Positions 8,764-18,208 are shown, counted from the first letter of the stretch. The stretch is 32,000 nt of DNA from Mucisphaera calidilacus (GCF_007748075.1 NZ_CP036280.1:840001-872000); one strand, 5' to 3'. The notes: a model not told the origin generated them from the sequence alone. Made by a program: numbers and translations.

Positions 8764-9015
8764 TCAGTGGTGACCGCAGCCGCCGTGGCCGCAGGCGCAC
8801 CCTCCGCCCATGGGCAGGGAGACGGTGTCGTTGCCCGAGGCCATGATCATGCCCGCGGTGACGGCGCGTTCGACGGGGGCATCTGCGGGCGTGGTGCCGG
8901 GGTCGATCTCGCCGAGGTCACAGAGCTCGCCCCACGACGCGACGGTGCGCGACATCGGGTGCATGACCTCAACAGACTTGCCGTTGGCCGGGCAGTGGTA
9001 TTCGTAGACGGGCAT
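8764..9015 (-). CDS. FmdB-like zinc-ribbon family small protein with Cys/His/Gly tail
   Basis: MPVYEYHCPANGKSVEV... is an FmdB/CxxC_CxxC_SSSS-type N-terminus. The protein ends GGGCACGHGGCGHH. GC3 is high. The ATG at 9015 is preceded by GAGGA at 8-nt spacing. The track's start at 9030 is a TTG extension. Confidence 0.6.
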   Translation of the reverse strand: MPVYEYHCPANGKSVEVMHPMSRTVASWGELCDLGEIDPGTTPADAPVERAVTAGMIMASGNDTVSLPMGGGCACGHGGCGHH

Positions 9016-9035
9016 GGCGGGGTTCCTCAACGGAT

Positions 9036-10121
9036 TCAGCGGATGGCGGCCTGCCGGAGCATGTGATCGGCGAGGACCAGTGCCATCATAGCCTCGCCCA
9101 TGGGGGCGAAGCGGGGGAGCAGGCAGGGGTCGTGCCGGCCCTTGGTGGCGATGGTCGTGGGCTCGCCGGAGCGTGTGACGGTCTGCTGCTCCTGGCTGAG
9201 GCTAGAGGTGGGCTTGATGGCGCAGCGGAGGATGATGGGCAGGCCGGAGGAGATGCCGCCGAGCATCCCCCCGTGTCGGTTGGTCGTGGTGGTGATGCTG
9301 CCCTGTTCGTCGGGCGCGAAGCGGTCGTTGTTCTCGGTGCCGCGCATCCGGGCGACCTCGAAGCCGGCGCCGTACTCGACGCCAAGCACCGCGGGCAGCG
9401 AGAACATGGCCTTGCCCAGGTCGGCCTTGAGCTTGTCGAAGACCGGCTCGCCCCAGCCGGCGGGGACGTTGGTGGCGACGAGCTCGGAGACGCCGCCGAT
9501 GGAGTCCTGTTCGCCGCGCACCTTCTCGATCAGGGCGATCATGGACTCGGCCGCCCGGGGATCGGGGCAGCGGACCGGCGTCGCCTCGATCTGTTCGAGC
9601 GTGACGGCCTCGGGTTGCTCGATGCTCGCGACGATGTCGCCGACCTGCTTGACGTAGCCGAGGATCTCGATGTCGCAGCGTTCGCGCAGCAGCTTCTTGG
9701 CGATAGCGCCGGCAGCGACACGCGCGGCGGTCTCCCGCGCCGAGGAGCGCCCGCCGCCGCGATAGTCGCGGAAGCCGTACTTGGCGTCGAAGGTGAAGTC
9801 GGCGTGGCCGGGCCGGTACTTGTCCTGGATGTCGGTGTAGTCGCGCGACCGCTGATCGGTGTTGCGGATCAGGATGGCGATGGAGGTGCCGGTGGTCCTG
9901 CCGTCGAAGACGCCGGCGAGGATCTCGGGCTCGTCGGGTTCCTTGCGCTGCGTGACGATCTTCGACTGACCCGGCCGTCTTCGTTCGAGGTCGGACCGCA
10001 GGTCGTCGACGGAGAGCTCCAGGCCGGGCGGGACGCCATCGACGATGACGATGTTGCCGGGGCCGTGGCTCTCGCCGGCGGTGGTGACACGGAATGTGTG
10101 GCCGAAGGTGTTGCCGGGCAT
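9036..10121 (-). CDS. aroC: Chorismate synthase
   Basis: 361 aa. Motifs seen: [54 protein letters not shown]. Confidence 0.95.
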   Translation of the reverse strand: MPGNTFGHTFRVTTAGESHGPGNIVIVDGVPPGLELSVDDLRSDLERRRPGQSKIVTQRKEPDEPEILAGVFDGRTTGTSIAILIRNTDQRSRDYTDIQDKYRPGHADFTFDAKYGFRDYRGGGRSSARETAARVAAGAIAKKLLRERCDIEILGYVKQVGDIVASIEQPEAVTLEQIEATPVRCPDPRAAESMIALIEKVRGEQDSIGGVSELVATNVPAGWGEPVFDKLKADLGKAMFSLPAVLGVEYGAGFEVARMRGTENNDRFAPDEQGSITTTTNRHGGMLGGISSGLPIILRCAIKPTSSLSQEQQTVTRSGEPTTIATKGRHDPCLLPRFAPMGEAMMALVLADHMLRQAAIR

Positions 10122-10161
10122 GCGTCTAGCTTAGCGGGCCGGGGTGGGTTGTGGCTCGCCT

Positions 10162-12336
10162 TTACCGGCGGCTGGCGACGGTGAGCCGGTCGGTGAGCTG
10201 CTGAGAGCGTAGCCAGAAGAGGGCGGCCTCGAGCTGGGGGTCGAGACCCTCGGCGAGGATCTCGTCGGGGTCGATGCTCTGCTCGTCGCCCTCCGCGATC
10301 TCGTCCTCCTCGCGCAGGACGTCGGCGGCCTGGCGTGCCTCGAGCGCGGCCTTGACCTCGGCGTTGGTCATCTCGACCTTGAGGTCCGGCTCGATGCCCC
10401 AGGTGGTGGCGTCGGGCAGGCGGTGGATGATGCGTCCGCTGGGGATCACGTAGTACTGCGTGGTGAGTTTCAGGAAGGCCTTGCCGCCGGACAGGGCGAA
10501 GAGGTCCTGCACAGAGCCCTTGCCGAAGCTGCGTGTGCCGATGATCAGCGCGCGGCCGTGCGCCTGCAGCGCTCCGGAGACGATCTCCGAGGCGCTGGCC
10601 GATCCCTGGTTGATGAGGACGACGACGGGGAAGTCGTCGTAGGTGTTGCGGCGCTTGGCACGGGCCTCGGCGGATTTCTGCTCGTCGCCGTTGACCGTCC
10701 AGACGATCTTGCCCTCATCGATGAAGCGGTCGGTGATGTTGATGGCGGAGGTGAGCAGCCCGCCGGGGTTGAAGCGGAGGTCGAGGATCAGCCCGTTGAC
10801 GGGGCCGGTCTCCTCCATGCTCGCGATGGCCGCGTCGAGGTGCTCGGCCGACTTGGGGATGAACTGCGAGAGGCGGACGTAGCCGATGCGTGCGTCGGGG
10901 TCGATGATGTAGTCCCAGCCGCCGCCGGTGCGGTGCTCCCAGCCTCGGATCGACTCGATCTCGATGCGGGCGCGCTTGAGTTTGAAGTCGAGGTCCTCGT
11001 CCTCGCCCTCGCGGGCGATGGTCAGCGTGACGTTGGTGCCCTCGGGCCCGGTGATTTCGTCGACGGCGCGGGTGAGGCTCCAGGTCCGTGTCGACCTGCC
11101 GTCCACGCGGACGATGCGGTCGCCCGCCTTGATGCCGGCGCGCTGCGCGGGCGTGCGTTCGAGGGGGCTGACGACGACCAGCTCGTTCTCCTGGCGGCTA
11201 ATCTGGATGCCCACGCCCGAGAAGGTGCCCTGGGTCGATCGCATGAGTGCCGGGACGTCGACGGGCCAGATCACCGAGGAGTAGTCGTCGAGCCGACCGG
11301 TCACGCCCTCGGTGAGCTCGTAGAGCACGACCTGCCGGGGCAGGTTCACGGTCATGTCGTTCATGTTGATGATGCGGTCGGCGAGTCCGACGGCATCGGT
11401 GAAGTTCATGCGGTAGCTGTCGCGGCCGAGGGTCTTGAGCAGGTCGGCGAGGTAGGCGGTGTAGCGTTGTCGCCCGTCGGCGTTGTTCATGCCGTCGAAG
11501 GTGGTGGCGAGTTCGTCGGTGGCGAGCAGGCGCATGAGGTTGGCGACGGCCTCGGCCATCAGCTCGCGATAGCTCAGGGCCTCGATGTGGTCGCGTGAGG
11601 CCTGTCGGAGGGTGCTGCGGAACATGCGCAGGTCGATGTCCTCGATGCGGTCGCGCCAGTCGTCGAACTCGACCTCGTTCTCGTCCTCGACGTCGTCGCC
11701 TCGTGCGATCGCGCGCTCGCGAGCCAGTTCCTGGAGCCGCTCGGGCGCGTAGAGCTGGATCAGTCGGACGTGCGCCGCGGCGGACTTTGACTCTTCGCGG
11801 TAGAGACCCTCGTCTTCGTAGAGGAGCTTGAGCCGGTGGTACAGCTCCAGCGCTTCGAGCCAGTCCTGCCGCTCGACCGCCTTGGCGGCGCGGGTGACGG
11901 CGTGGTCGATGACTTCGGTGGATTCCTCGTCGACGAGGAGTCGCTCGGGGCGTTCGCTCAGGCCGTGGGCCTCGATCAGCGCGGTGAGCGCCTTGTCGGT
12001 TCGGTCGTTGGTAGCGGCCTCACGCATGCGGTCGAGGGCTTCGTCGAGCGCGGCGTTGCGTGCGGCCCGTCGCTGCTGGGCGAGCGTCTTGCGCTGCTCG
12101 AGCTGGTCGATGAGCTGGGCGGCCTGCTCGTTCTTCTGGTAGCGCGCGAGGGCGTCGAGCAGGGCGTTGAACCGGCCGTGGCGTGCGAGCAGCGAGAGCT
12201 CGTCGGGGCTCATCGGCTCGGCGAGTTGTTGCGCACCCGCGGTCGAGGCGAGGGTGCTGATCAGCAGGGCGACGGCGAGGGCCCACCGGCGTAACGCGGT
12301 CCCGGTGCGCATGAGATCACTGTGACGGCTGGGCAT
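10162..12336 (-). CDS. S41 family C-terminal processing (tail-specific) peptidase with PDZ domain and a long helical N-terminal region
   Basis: 724 aa. There is a signal peptide (ALRRWALAVALLISTLASTAGAQQ). The PDZ domain reads GVGIQISRQENELVVVSPLERTPAQRAGIKAGDRIVRVDG. The catalytic Ser motif is VVLINQGSASASEIVSGALQ and the Lys motif is GTRSFGKGSVQ. A strong SD (AAGGGAGGGG) lies before the ATG at 12336. Confidence 0.9.
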   Translation of the reverse strand: MPSRHSDLMRTGTALRRWALAVALLISTLASTAGAQQLAEPMSPDELSLLARHGRFNALLDALARYQKNEQAAQLIDQLEQRKTLAQQRRAARNAALDEALDRMREAATNDRTDKALTALIEAHGLSERPERLLVDEESTEVIDHAVTRAAKAVERQDWLEALELYHRLKLLYEDEGLYREESKSAAAHVRLIQLYAPERLQELARERAIARGDDVEDENEVEFDDWRDRIEDIDLRMFRSTLRQASRDHIEALSYRELMAEAVANLMRLLATDELATTFDGMNNADGRQRYTAYLADLLKTLGRDSYRMNFTDAVGLADRIINMNDMTVNLPRQVVLYELTEGVTGRLDDYSSVIWPVDVPALMRSTQGTFSGVGIQISRQENELVVVSPLERTPAQRAGIKAGDRIVRVDGRSTRTWSLTRAVDEITGPEGTNVTLTIAREGEDEDLDFKLKRARIEIESIRGWEHRTGGGWDYIIDPDARIGYVRLSQFIPKSAEHLDAAIASMEETGPVNGLILDLRFNPGGLLTSAINITDRFIDEGKIVWTVNGDEQKSAEARAKRRNTYDDFPVVVLINQGSASASEIVSGALQAHGRALIIGTRSFGKGSVQDLFALSGGKAFLKLTTQYYVIPSGRIIHRLPDATTWGIEPDLKVEMTNAEVKAALEARQAADVLREEDEIAEGDEQSIDPDEILAEGLDPQLEAALFWLRSQQLTDRLTVASRR

Positions 12337-12356
12337 AAGACCCCTCCCTTGGCGGA

Positions 12357-13688
12357 TCAGGCGGATTCCTTGCGTGGCGCGGCCCGCAGCTCGCTGAGCG
12401 GCTTGCGGTGGATCACGGCCTCGCGGTCAATGACAAAGCGAGCGCCCTTGTTGCCGGTCTCGGGCAGCTCATACATCAGTTCGAGCATGATGTCCTCGAT
12501 GACGCCACGCAGGGCCCGGGCACCCGTCTTGCGCTTGATCGCCATGTCGGCGATCTCGAAGAGGGCGTCTTCGGTGAACTCGACCTCGGCGTTCTCAAGC
12601 TGGAAGAAGTGCTGGTACTGTCGGATCAGCGCGTTCTTCGGCTCGGTGAGGATCTGCACGAGCGAGTCGGGCGTGTGCGGCATGAGCGCGGTGAGGATCG
12701 GCAGGCGGCCGATCAGCTCGGGGATCATGCCGAACTCGAGGATGTCCTCGGGCGTGACCTGGCCGAGGACTTCCTCGGTCTCGGTCGCCTCGACGTCGGT
12801 GGCTTGCTCGGTCGCGAAGCCGATCGCCTTGCGGCCGAGGCGCTTGCGGATGATGTCATCCAGGCCGACGAAGGTGCCGGCGCAGATGAACAGGATGTTC
12901 GAGGTGTCGATCTGGATGTACTGCTGCTCGGGGTGCTTGCGTCCGCCCTGGGGTGGGACGTTGGCGACGGTGCCCTCAAGCATCTTGAGCAGGGCCTGCT
13001 GGACGCCCTCGCCGGAGACGTCGCGGGTGATGCTGACGTTCTGGGAGGTCTTGCCGATCTTGTCGATCTCGTCGATGTAGACGATGCCCCGCTGGGCGGC
13101 TTCGAGGTCGTAGTCGGCGGCCTGCAGGAGCTTGAGCATCAGGTTCTCGACGTCCTCGCCGACGTAGCCCGCCTCGGTGAGGGTCGTGGCGTCGCCGATG
13201 GCAAACGGGACGTTGAGGGTTCGCGCGAGCGTCTTGGCCAGGAGGGTCTTGCCCGAGCCGGTGGGCCCGATGAGCAGGACGTTGGACTTGTCGAGTTCGA
13301 CCGACGGATCCTTCTCGATCGAGGTCAGGCGCTTGTAGTGGTTGTGGACGGTCACCGAGAGGGCGCGCTTGGCGGCGGCCTGGCCGATGACGTACTGATC
13401 GAGGAATTCCTTGAGCTGGCGCGGGCTGGGGATCGCGCTCAGCGCCGGGCGTGCCGAGGAGACGCGCCGCCGCTCCTGCTTGAAGATGTTCTGGCAGAGC
13501 TCGGTGCAGTTGGCGCAGATGTAGACGTCGCCGGGGCCCTCGACCATGGGGCCGACTTCGCGCGAGCTCTTGCCGCAGAAGGAGCAGGTGGTGACCCGCC
13601 GACCGCGGAAACCGTCGTTCCCGTCGCCGCCGTCGTTACCGCCCCCGTTGGAGGGGCCACCAGGACCTTTACCAGATGAGTTGGGCAT
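12357..13688 (-). CDS. clpX: ATP-dependent Clp protease ATP-binding subunit ClpX
   Basis: 443 aa. Motifs seen: zinc-binding domain [11 protein letters not shown]...[10 protein letters not shown], Walker [12 protein letters not shown], Walker [11 protein letters not shown] Gly-rich extension of about 34 aa precedes the zinc-binding domain. Confidence 0.95.
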   Translation of the reverse strand: MPNSSGKGPGGPSNGGGNDGGDGNDGFRGRRVTTCSFCGKSSREVGPMVEGPGDVYICANCTELCQNIFKQERRRVSSARPALSAIPSPRQLKEFLDQYVIGQAAAKRALSVTVHNHYKRLTSIEKDPSVELDKSNVLLIGPTGSGKTLLAKTLARTLNVPFAIGDATTLTEAGYVGEDVENLMLKLLQAADYDLEAAQRGIVYIDEIDKIGKTSQNVSITRDVSGEGVQQALLKMLEGTVANVPPQGGRKHPEQQYIQIDTSNILFICAGTFVGLDDIIRKRLGRKAIGFATEQATDVEATETEEVLGQVTPEDILEFGMIPELIGRLPILTALMPHTPDSLVQILTEPKNALIRQYQHFFQLENAEVEFTEDALFEIADMAIKRKTGARALRGVIEDIMLELMYELPETGNKGARFVIDREAVIHRKPLSELRAAPRKESA

Positions 13689-14006
13689 CAGTCAGTATTC
13701 TTCCGAGAGTTGGACCCGCGAGGACGGCTTTCCGTGCCGCTGGGGTAGGGATCGACGCATCCTGCATCGCTCGTTAGCAAATCCATGCCTGCGAGGTGTT
13801 GCGGGTGGTCAGGAGGTCATATCGTTGTCGGAACTTCACTATACGACCCAGTTGGACCTTTGCCTACGTCCACAGTTGCGTTATCGATCGACCTTTTTCA
13901 CAGAATCTTAATGAACATCGATCATGTCGGCGGCATGTGAAAATGGGTGGTTTGTGCGTGTTGGGCGGGATGTAAGGAGGCTGAGGGCTGGGTTCGCAGA
14001 TGCACC

Positions 14007-14282
14007 CTAGTCCTCATCTCGCACGCTCCGGGTGATGCGCTCGCGCATCGCCTCGTACTCCTCGTCCGTCAGCTCGCCTGCCTCGTGCATCGTGCGGAGG
14101 TCGTGGAGGGTGAAGCTCGTGCGGAGTTCGGTGTGGTCGTCGGTGCCGCGTCGGATCAGATAGTAGCGCAGGACGCCCAGCACGATCCCCAGAAGAATAA
14201 AGCTGCCGGCGAGCACCGCGAAGGCGCGGATCAGATCAGCGGTGTTGATGCCCTGGGCCAGCATGATCACCCCGCACGTCAT
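14007..14282 (-). CDS. Small single-pass membrane protein with SHOCT-like C-terminal domain
   Basis: 91 aa. One hydrophobic helix (AFAVLAGSFILLGIVLGVL) is followed by LHDLRTMHEAGELTDEEYEAMRERI, which resembles the SHOCT short C-terminal domain. GC3 is high. GGAG lies 7 nt before the ATG at 14282. Confidence 0.55.
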   Translation of the reverse strand: MTCGVIMLAQGINTADLIRAFAVLAGSFILLGIVLGVLRYYLIRRGTDDHTELRTSFTLHDLRTMHEAGELTDEEYEAMRERITRSVRDED

Positions 14283-14336
14283 TCAAAGCTCCGAGGCTGG
14301 GGATCCGGGGGTGTTCCGGGGGCGTTCCGGGTGGGG

Positions 14337-15722
14337 TCAGTCCTTGGCTTCTTCCTCGGTGACCTTGGCCTGCTCGAGGATCTTGTCGAGGGTCTTCTGC
14401 TCGCGGATCTGCAGGAAGAGCTGCTCGATCTCGCCACGCTGCTGCATGTCGGCGCGGAGCTTCTCGGGCCGGCGGCCCTGCTGCATCGCGATCATGGCGA
14501 TACGGCCGTTGAGCTCCTGATCGCTGACCTCGATCTCGAGGTCCTTCGAGGCCTTGTCGATCAGGAAGAACTGCTTGAGCTGGTGCTTGGACTCCGACTC
14601 GGAGGCCTCACGCAGCTCGGCGACGCGCGTCTGGATCTCCTCCTGCGGCACGCCCTGGTAGGCAAGCTCCATCGCCTTGCGCTGGAGCAGGCGTCCGGCC
14701 TGACGCCCGCTGATCTTCTCGGGCAGGTCGAGCTCGACCTTCTCGTGGAGCTGATCGAGGATCTGCTTGTGCTGGGCCTGCTGCTGCTCGCGTTCGAGGC
14801 GCTGCTCCGCGGCCTCGCGCACCTTGCTGCGGAGATCATCCTCGTCGGTGGCGCCGGACTGAGCCATGAGCGTCTCGATGGGGGCGGGCTGCATGCGCTC
14901 GATGCGCTCGATCTTGAGGTCGATGGTGATGGGCTGGTCGCGGACCTTCTCGTCCTCGTGCGAGGCGGGGCCGGTCATCTCGATGCGTTCCTCGTCGCCG
15001 ACCTTCTTCTCGAGCAGACGCTTGCCCATGTCGGAGACCACGATGCCCGCGACGTGGCCCTTGTACTCGGCCTTCTCGCCGTTGACCATGATGTAGGTGC
15101 CCGGCAGGTGCTGGAGCGGCTCGGCATCTTCGGCGGGGCCGTGGCCCTCGTAGACACTGGCCTCGACCCAGACGAAGTCGCCCTCTTCAACGGATTCGCC
15201 GCCGGCCGTCATCTGACCGAAGCGTCGCTGGAGGTTCTCGATCTCCTCGGAGACGTCCTCGTCGGTTACCTCGCGCTGGGTCTTGGCGACCTCGAGCGAA
15301 TCGAAGGCGGGCAGGTCGATGTCGGGGGTGACCTCGACCTCGGCGGTGAAGCTCATCGGGCCCGACTCGGGGACTTCCAGTTCCTCGATGCCGGGGATCT
15401 CGGGGTCGGAGAGGACGTCGAGTCCCTCGTCCTCGATGGCCTGCTGGTAGGCGGTGGCCAGGAGCTGGTTCTTGACGTCGGACTTGATCGACGAGCCGAA
15501 GCGACGCTCGACCAGGCCGCGCGGCGCCTTGCCCTTGCGGAAGCCGGGGATGACCGCTTCCTCGGTGAGCTGGTCGTAGGTTGTCTCCATCTGTTCCGCG
15601 ATGGCGGACTCGGAGATCTCGATGGTGAGTCGCTTGAGTGCCGGGCCCGCGTCCTCGCAGGTCACCTTGGCGTCGATACGGGACTCGTCGGTTGCCACAG
15701 CACTCGTCTGTTCGTCGGCCAT
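14337..15722 (-). CDS. tig: Trigger factor
   Basis: The signature is IPGFRKGKAPRGLVERRFG near the N-terminus, followed by an FKBP-like middle domain and a helical C-terminal arm. The start was trimmed from the track's 15842 to the ATG at 15722 (MADEQTS...), which is preceded by GAGGA. Confidence 0.92.
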   Translation of the reverse strand: MADEQTSAVATDESRIDAKVTCEDAGPALKRLTIEISESAIAEQMETTYDQLTEEAVIPGFRKGKAPRGLVERRFGSSIKSDVKNQLLATAYQQAIEDEGLDVLSDPEIPGIEELEVPESGPMSFTAEVEVTPDIDLPAFDSLEVAKTQREVTDEDVSEEIENLQRRFGQMTAGGESVEEGDFVWVEASVYEGHGPAEDAEPLQHLPGTYIMVNGEKAEYKGHVAGIVVSDMGKRLLEKKVGDEERIEMTGPASHEDEKVRDQPITIDLKIERIERMQPAPIETLMAQSGATDEDDLRSKVREAAEQRLEREQQQAQHKQILDQLHEKVELDLPEKISGRQAGRLLQRKAMELAYQGVPQEEIQTRVAELREASESESKHQLKQFFLIDKASKDLEIEVSDQELNGRIAMIAMQQGRRPEKLRADMQQRGEIEQLFLQIREQKTLDKILEQAKVTEEEAKD

Positions 15723-15869
15723 CGCCGTTATCCTCTGTTCTGCGAGTCGAGCGTCGTGCTGACTCAGTCTGATGGGGGGACCGTGAGGCTCACAATCCAC
15801 GGGTGTTCCCGGGAAAATACCGAGCCGAACAGTATCCATCACCGGGCGGTGGGCGTCAATGAGGCGGCC

Positions 15870-16817
15870 TCAGGGCCCATCGACGAGGGTCCGGGCGATC
15901 AGGCCCACCTGGGCGGTCAGTAATTCGAGGCGGGGCGTCGCTACGCCCGCGCGTCGGGCGGCCTCCAGCGGGGCCTCGAAGATCGCCTCGACCTCCAGCG
16001 GGCGCCGCTCGTCGAGATCGACGAGCATGCTCGGCCGGTAGGGGGCCATGCGGTCGGTCCGGTCGAGCATCTCCCGGATAAAGCCCTCGGTGATGGTGCG
16101 GCCCGTGGCGGCGTGCGCCGCGTCGGCGACCTCGCGCATCAGGGACTCGGCCATGGCCCGCGTGCCGGGGTGGCTCATGATCCGGTCGGTCGTTGTACGC
16201 AGGACAACACAGAGTCCGTTGTAGGGCACGTTCCAGATCAGCTTCTGCCAGCGCGCCTCGACGAGGTCCTCGGCGAGGTTGACCGTGATCCCGGCATCGT
16301 GAAAGTCCCGCGCGACGTCCTCCATCACGGGGTCGATGCCCGCCGCCGAGCCGTCGGACGTATACCGGCCCATGCGGATGTCGCTGTAGTCGAGGTGGTG
16401 GATGTGGGCCGGCCCGACCCTGTTGGAGCAGAGGAAGCAGAGCCCGCCGAGGATGCGCCGGGGATCGACATACCGGGCGACCTGCTCCTCGACACCCAGT
16501 CCGTTCTGGAGGACGACGCAGGTTGTCGACGGGCGCACCGCCTGCGGGAGGATCGCGTCGAGTTGATCGTTCGAGGTGGTCTTGACGCAGAGCAGCGCGA
16601 CGTCGCAGTCGGGCAGGTCGGCGGGGTTGTCACAGATCTGGGCGGGCTTGATGGCGAAGCTGCCGTGGCTCTTGGAATCGACGCGCAGGCCGTGCTTGCG
16701 GGCCTGATTGGTGTCGGAGCGCATGAGGAAGTGGACGTCGAATCCCGCCTTGGCCAGGCAGGCGCCGTAGAAGCCGCCGAGCGCTCCGGTGCCGAGGATC
16801 GCGTAGCTGCGGGTCAT
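15870..16817 (-). CDS. panE: 2-dehydropantoate 2-reductase (ketopantoate reductase)
   Basis: 315 aa. The Rossmann N-terminus is YAILGTGALGGFYGACLAKAGFDVHFL. Also seen: CVKTT, ARWQKLIWNVPYNGL, and the C-terminal PSMLVDLDERRPLEVEAI. Confidence 0.88.
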   Translation of the reverse strand: MTRSYAILGTGALGGFYGACLAKAGFDVHFLMRSDTNQARKHGLRVDSKSHGSFAIKPAQICDNPADLPDCDVALLCVKTTSNDQLDAILPQAVRPSTTCVVLQNGLGVEEQVARYVDPRRILGGLCFLCSNRVGPAHIHHLDYSDIRMGRYTSDGSAAGIDPVMEDVARDFHDAGITVNLAEDLVEARWQKLIWNVPYNGLCVVLRTTTDRIMSHPGTRAMAESLMREVADAAHAATGRTITEGFIREMLDRTDRMAPYRPSMLVDLDERRPLEVEAIFEAPLEAARRAGVATPRLELLTAQVGLIARTLVDGP

Positions 16818-16993
16818 GGGCGCATGTTATCGGGTGCGCCGGATCGAAACAGCTAACTGGGTCGCGGGCGCATGTCGCTCGGAATCGGTGCTCTTATCGG
16901 CCATCCAATTTCTTGCTCTCGCCTTAGTGAATCACGGGACGGGGTTATCCGATGCAACCTCAGACCGCAGATTCCATCGAAAGGAACACGATC

Positions 16994-18178
16994 ATGCGCA
17001 GCCTGCAACGAATACTGGCCCTCGGTCTGATGGCGGCTTTCGCGCTGCCGGCTTCCACGGCAACCGCCCAGCAGTCTCTCGAAGAGCGCGTCGCGGCGCT
17101 CGAAGACCAGATGGCCACGGAGGCCAAGGACGGGTCGGGCACCACGGACAGCTCCGGAGCCGTCACGGGCTACAAGAACGGCTTCTTCATGAAGTCGGCC
17201 GACGGCAACAACATGCTCAAGATCAACGGCCTGACTCAGTTCCGCTACACCTACAGCAGCGCGGACGGGCAGGCGGAAGACAGCTTCAACGGTCTTGAGT
17301 TCCGCCGAACACGCCTGAAGTTCAGCGGCTACACCTTCAACCCCAAGATCTCCTACGCGTTGCAGGGCCACGTCGGCAGCAACGGCGCGTTCCAGATCGT
17401 GGACGCCTACGTCGGCTACAAGCTCAACGACAAGGTCAAGTTCCGCGCCGGCCAGTTTGTGCACCAGTTCAAGCGTGAGGCGTTCATCGGCATCGCGAAG
17501 ATGACCGCGGTCGACGGCTCGCTCGTCGGCAGCGCGATCGTCCGCAACGCGTTCGCACGCGTCCAGGGCTTCGACGCCGAGTACAAGGACGACCGCCAGC
17601 GCATCAACCTGACGCTGCACGAAGGCCTTAACAGCCTCAACACACCCATCAACACCCAGAACGCCGACTTCGGCGCCACCGCCCGCTACGAGCACAAGAT
17701 CTTTGGCGACTGGAAGAAGCTCAACGACTTCACCAACCCGGTGGGCGACCCCGACGGCCTGATCGTCGGCGTGGCCGGCCTCTTCGAAGAAGGCTCGAAC
17801 TTCGGCTTCACCGCCGACGCCAACTGGCAGACCGAGTTCGGCATGAACCTCTTCGGTGCCTTCCTCTGGCAGGACATCAATGACGTCCAGGGTCACGGCG
17901 TCGTGGTCCAGGCCGCTCAGTTCGTCTCCGATCGCTGCGAGCCGTTTGTCCGGTTCGAGTATGGCGACCGGGACGACGCGGCAGACGAGTTGTTCCTGGG
18001 TACCGTCGGTGCCAACTACTACTTCTACGGTCACCGCCTGAAGCTGACCGGCGACCTGGGCTACTCGTTCAACAGCGTCGACGCGGTCTTCGCGAGCAAC
18101 TCTAACGGCTGGCGTGCCGATGCCGCCGGCGAAGACGGCCAGATCGTCGGCCGCCTGCAGTTGCAGTTCGCTTTCTAA
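16994..18178 (+). CDS. Outer-membrane beta-barrel porin (phosphate-selective porin O/P-like)
   Basis: The signal peptide is MRSLQRILALGLMAAFALPASTATAQQ. A short coiled segment (LEERVAALEDQMA) follows. Alternating-hydrophobic strands are present (FFMKSADGNNMLKINGLTQFRYTY). The C-terminus is LQLQFAF, ending in Phe. AAGGA lies 8 nt before the ATG at 16994. The track ORF begins at 16952. Confidence 0.8.
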   Translation: MRSLQRILALGLMAAFALPASTATAQQSLEERVAALEDQMATEAKDGSGTTDSSGAVTGYKNGFFMKSADGNNMLKINGLTQFRYTYSSADGQAEDSFNGLEFRRTRLKFSGYTFNPKISYALQGHVGSNGAFQIVDAYVGYKLNDKVKFRAGQFVHQFKREAFIGIAKMTAVDGSLVGSAIVRNAFARVQGFDAEYKDDRQRINLTLHEGLNSLNTPINTQNADFGATARYEHKIFGDWKKLNDFTNPVGDPDGLIVGVAGLFEEGSNFGFTADANWQTEFGMNLFGAFLWQDINDVQGHGVVVQAAQFVSDRCEPFVRFEYGDRDDAADELFLGTVGANYYFYGHRLKLTGDLGYSFNSVDAVFASNSNGWRADAAGEDGQIVGRLQLQFAF

Positions 18179-18208
18179 ACCCAGGCTGCGGTCAGATCGA
18201 ACCACAAG

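Noticed and set aside
6683-8800. 705-aa minus-strand ORF spanning the whole of rpsA
   Set aside because: It is antisense to a gene with six clear S1 domains. Its Leu/Asp/Val/Arg-rich composition is typical of stop-free antisense frames in high-GC DNA. It would also run through the rpsA terminator.
13688-13786. 32-codon upstream ORF on the minus strand whose TGA overlaps the clpX ATG (TGATG)
   Set aside because: It has no SD before its ATG, mediocre codon usage and no recognisable peptide features. Such short ORFs arise by chance in a 318-bp spacer. A TATAGT/TAGGCA sigma-70-like pair at 13838-13866 is equally unverifiable.
13947-15923. 658-aa plus-strand ORF opposite tig and the small membrane-protein gene. 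Other long ORFs of the same kind: 3899-5350 (opposite the MCP), 10423-11598 (the S41 peptidase), 12408-13679 (clpX), 16853-18244 (the porin), 20672-21979 (the phosphatase), 22894-23754 and 24961-25563 (the kinase), 27972-28838 and 28622-29485 (the glycosyltransferase and acetyltransferase)
   Set aside because: All lie opposite genes with strong family motifs. They are G/A/V/D/E/L/R-rich with no motifs, as expected from GC3 bias rather than from overlapping genes.
16815-16890. Hairpin GGCGCA-n10-TGCGCC abutting the panE start codon, and a 10-nt direct repeat GGGCGCATGT (16818 and 16866)
   Set aside because: These are short, GC-rich elements within chance expectation for this composition. They resemble no known regulatory motif.
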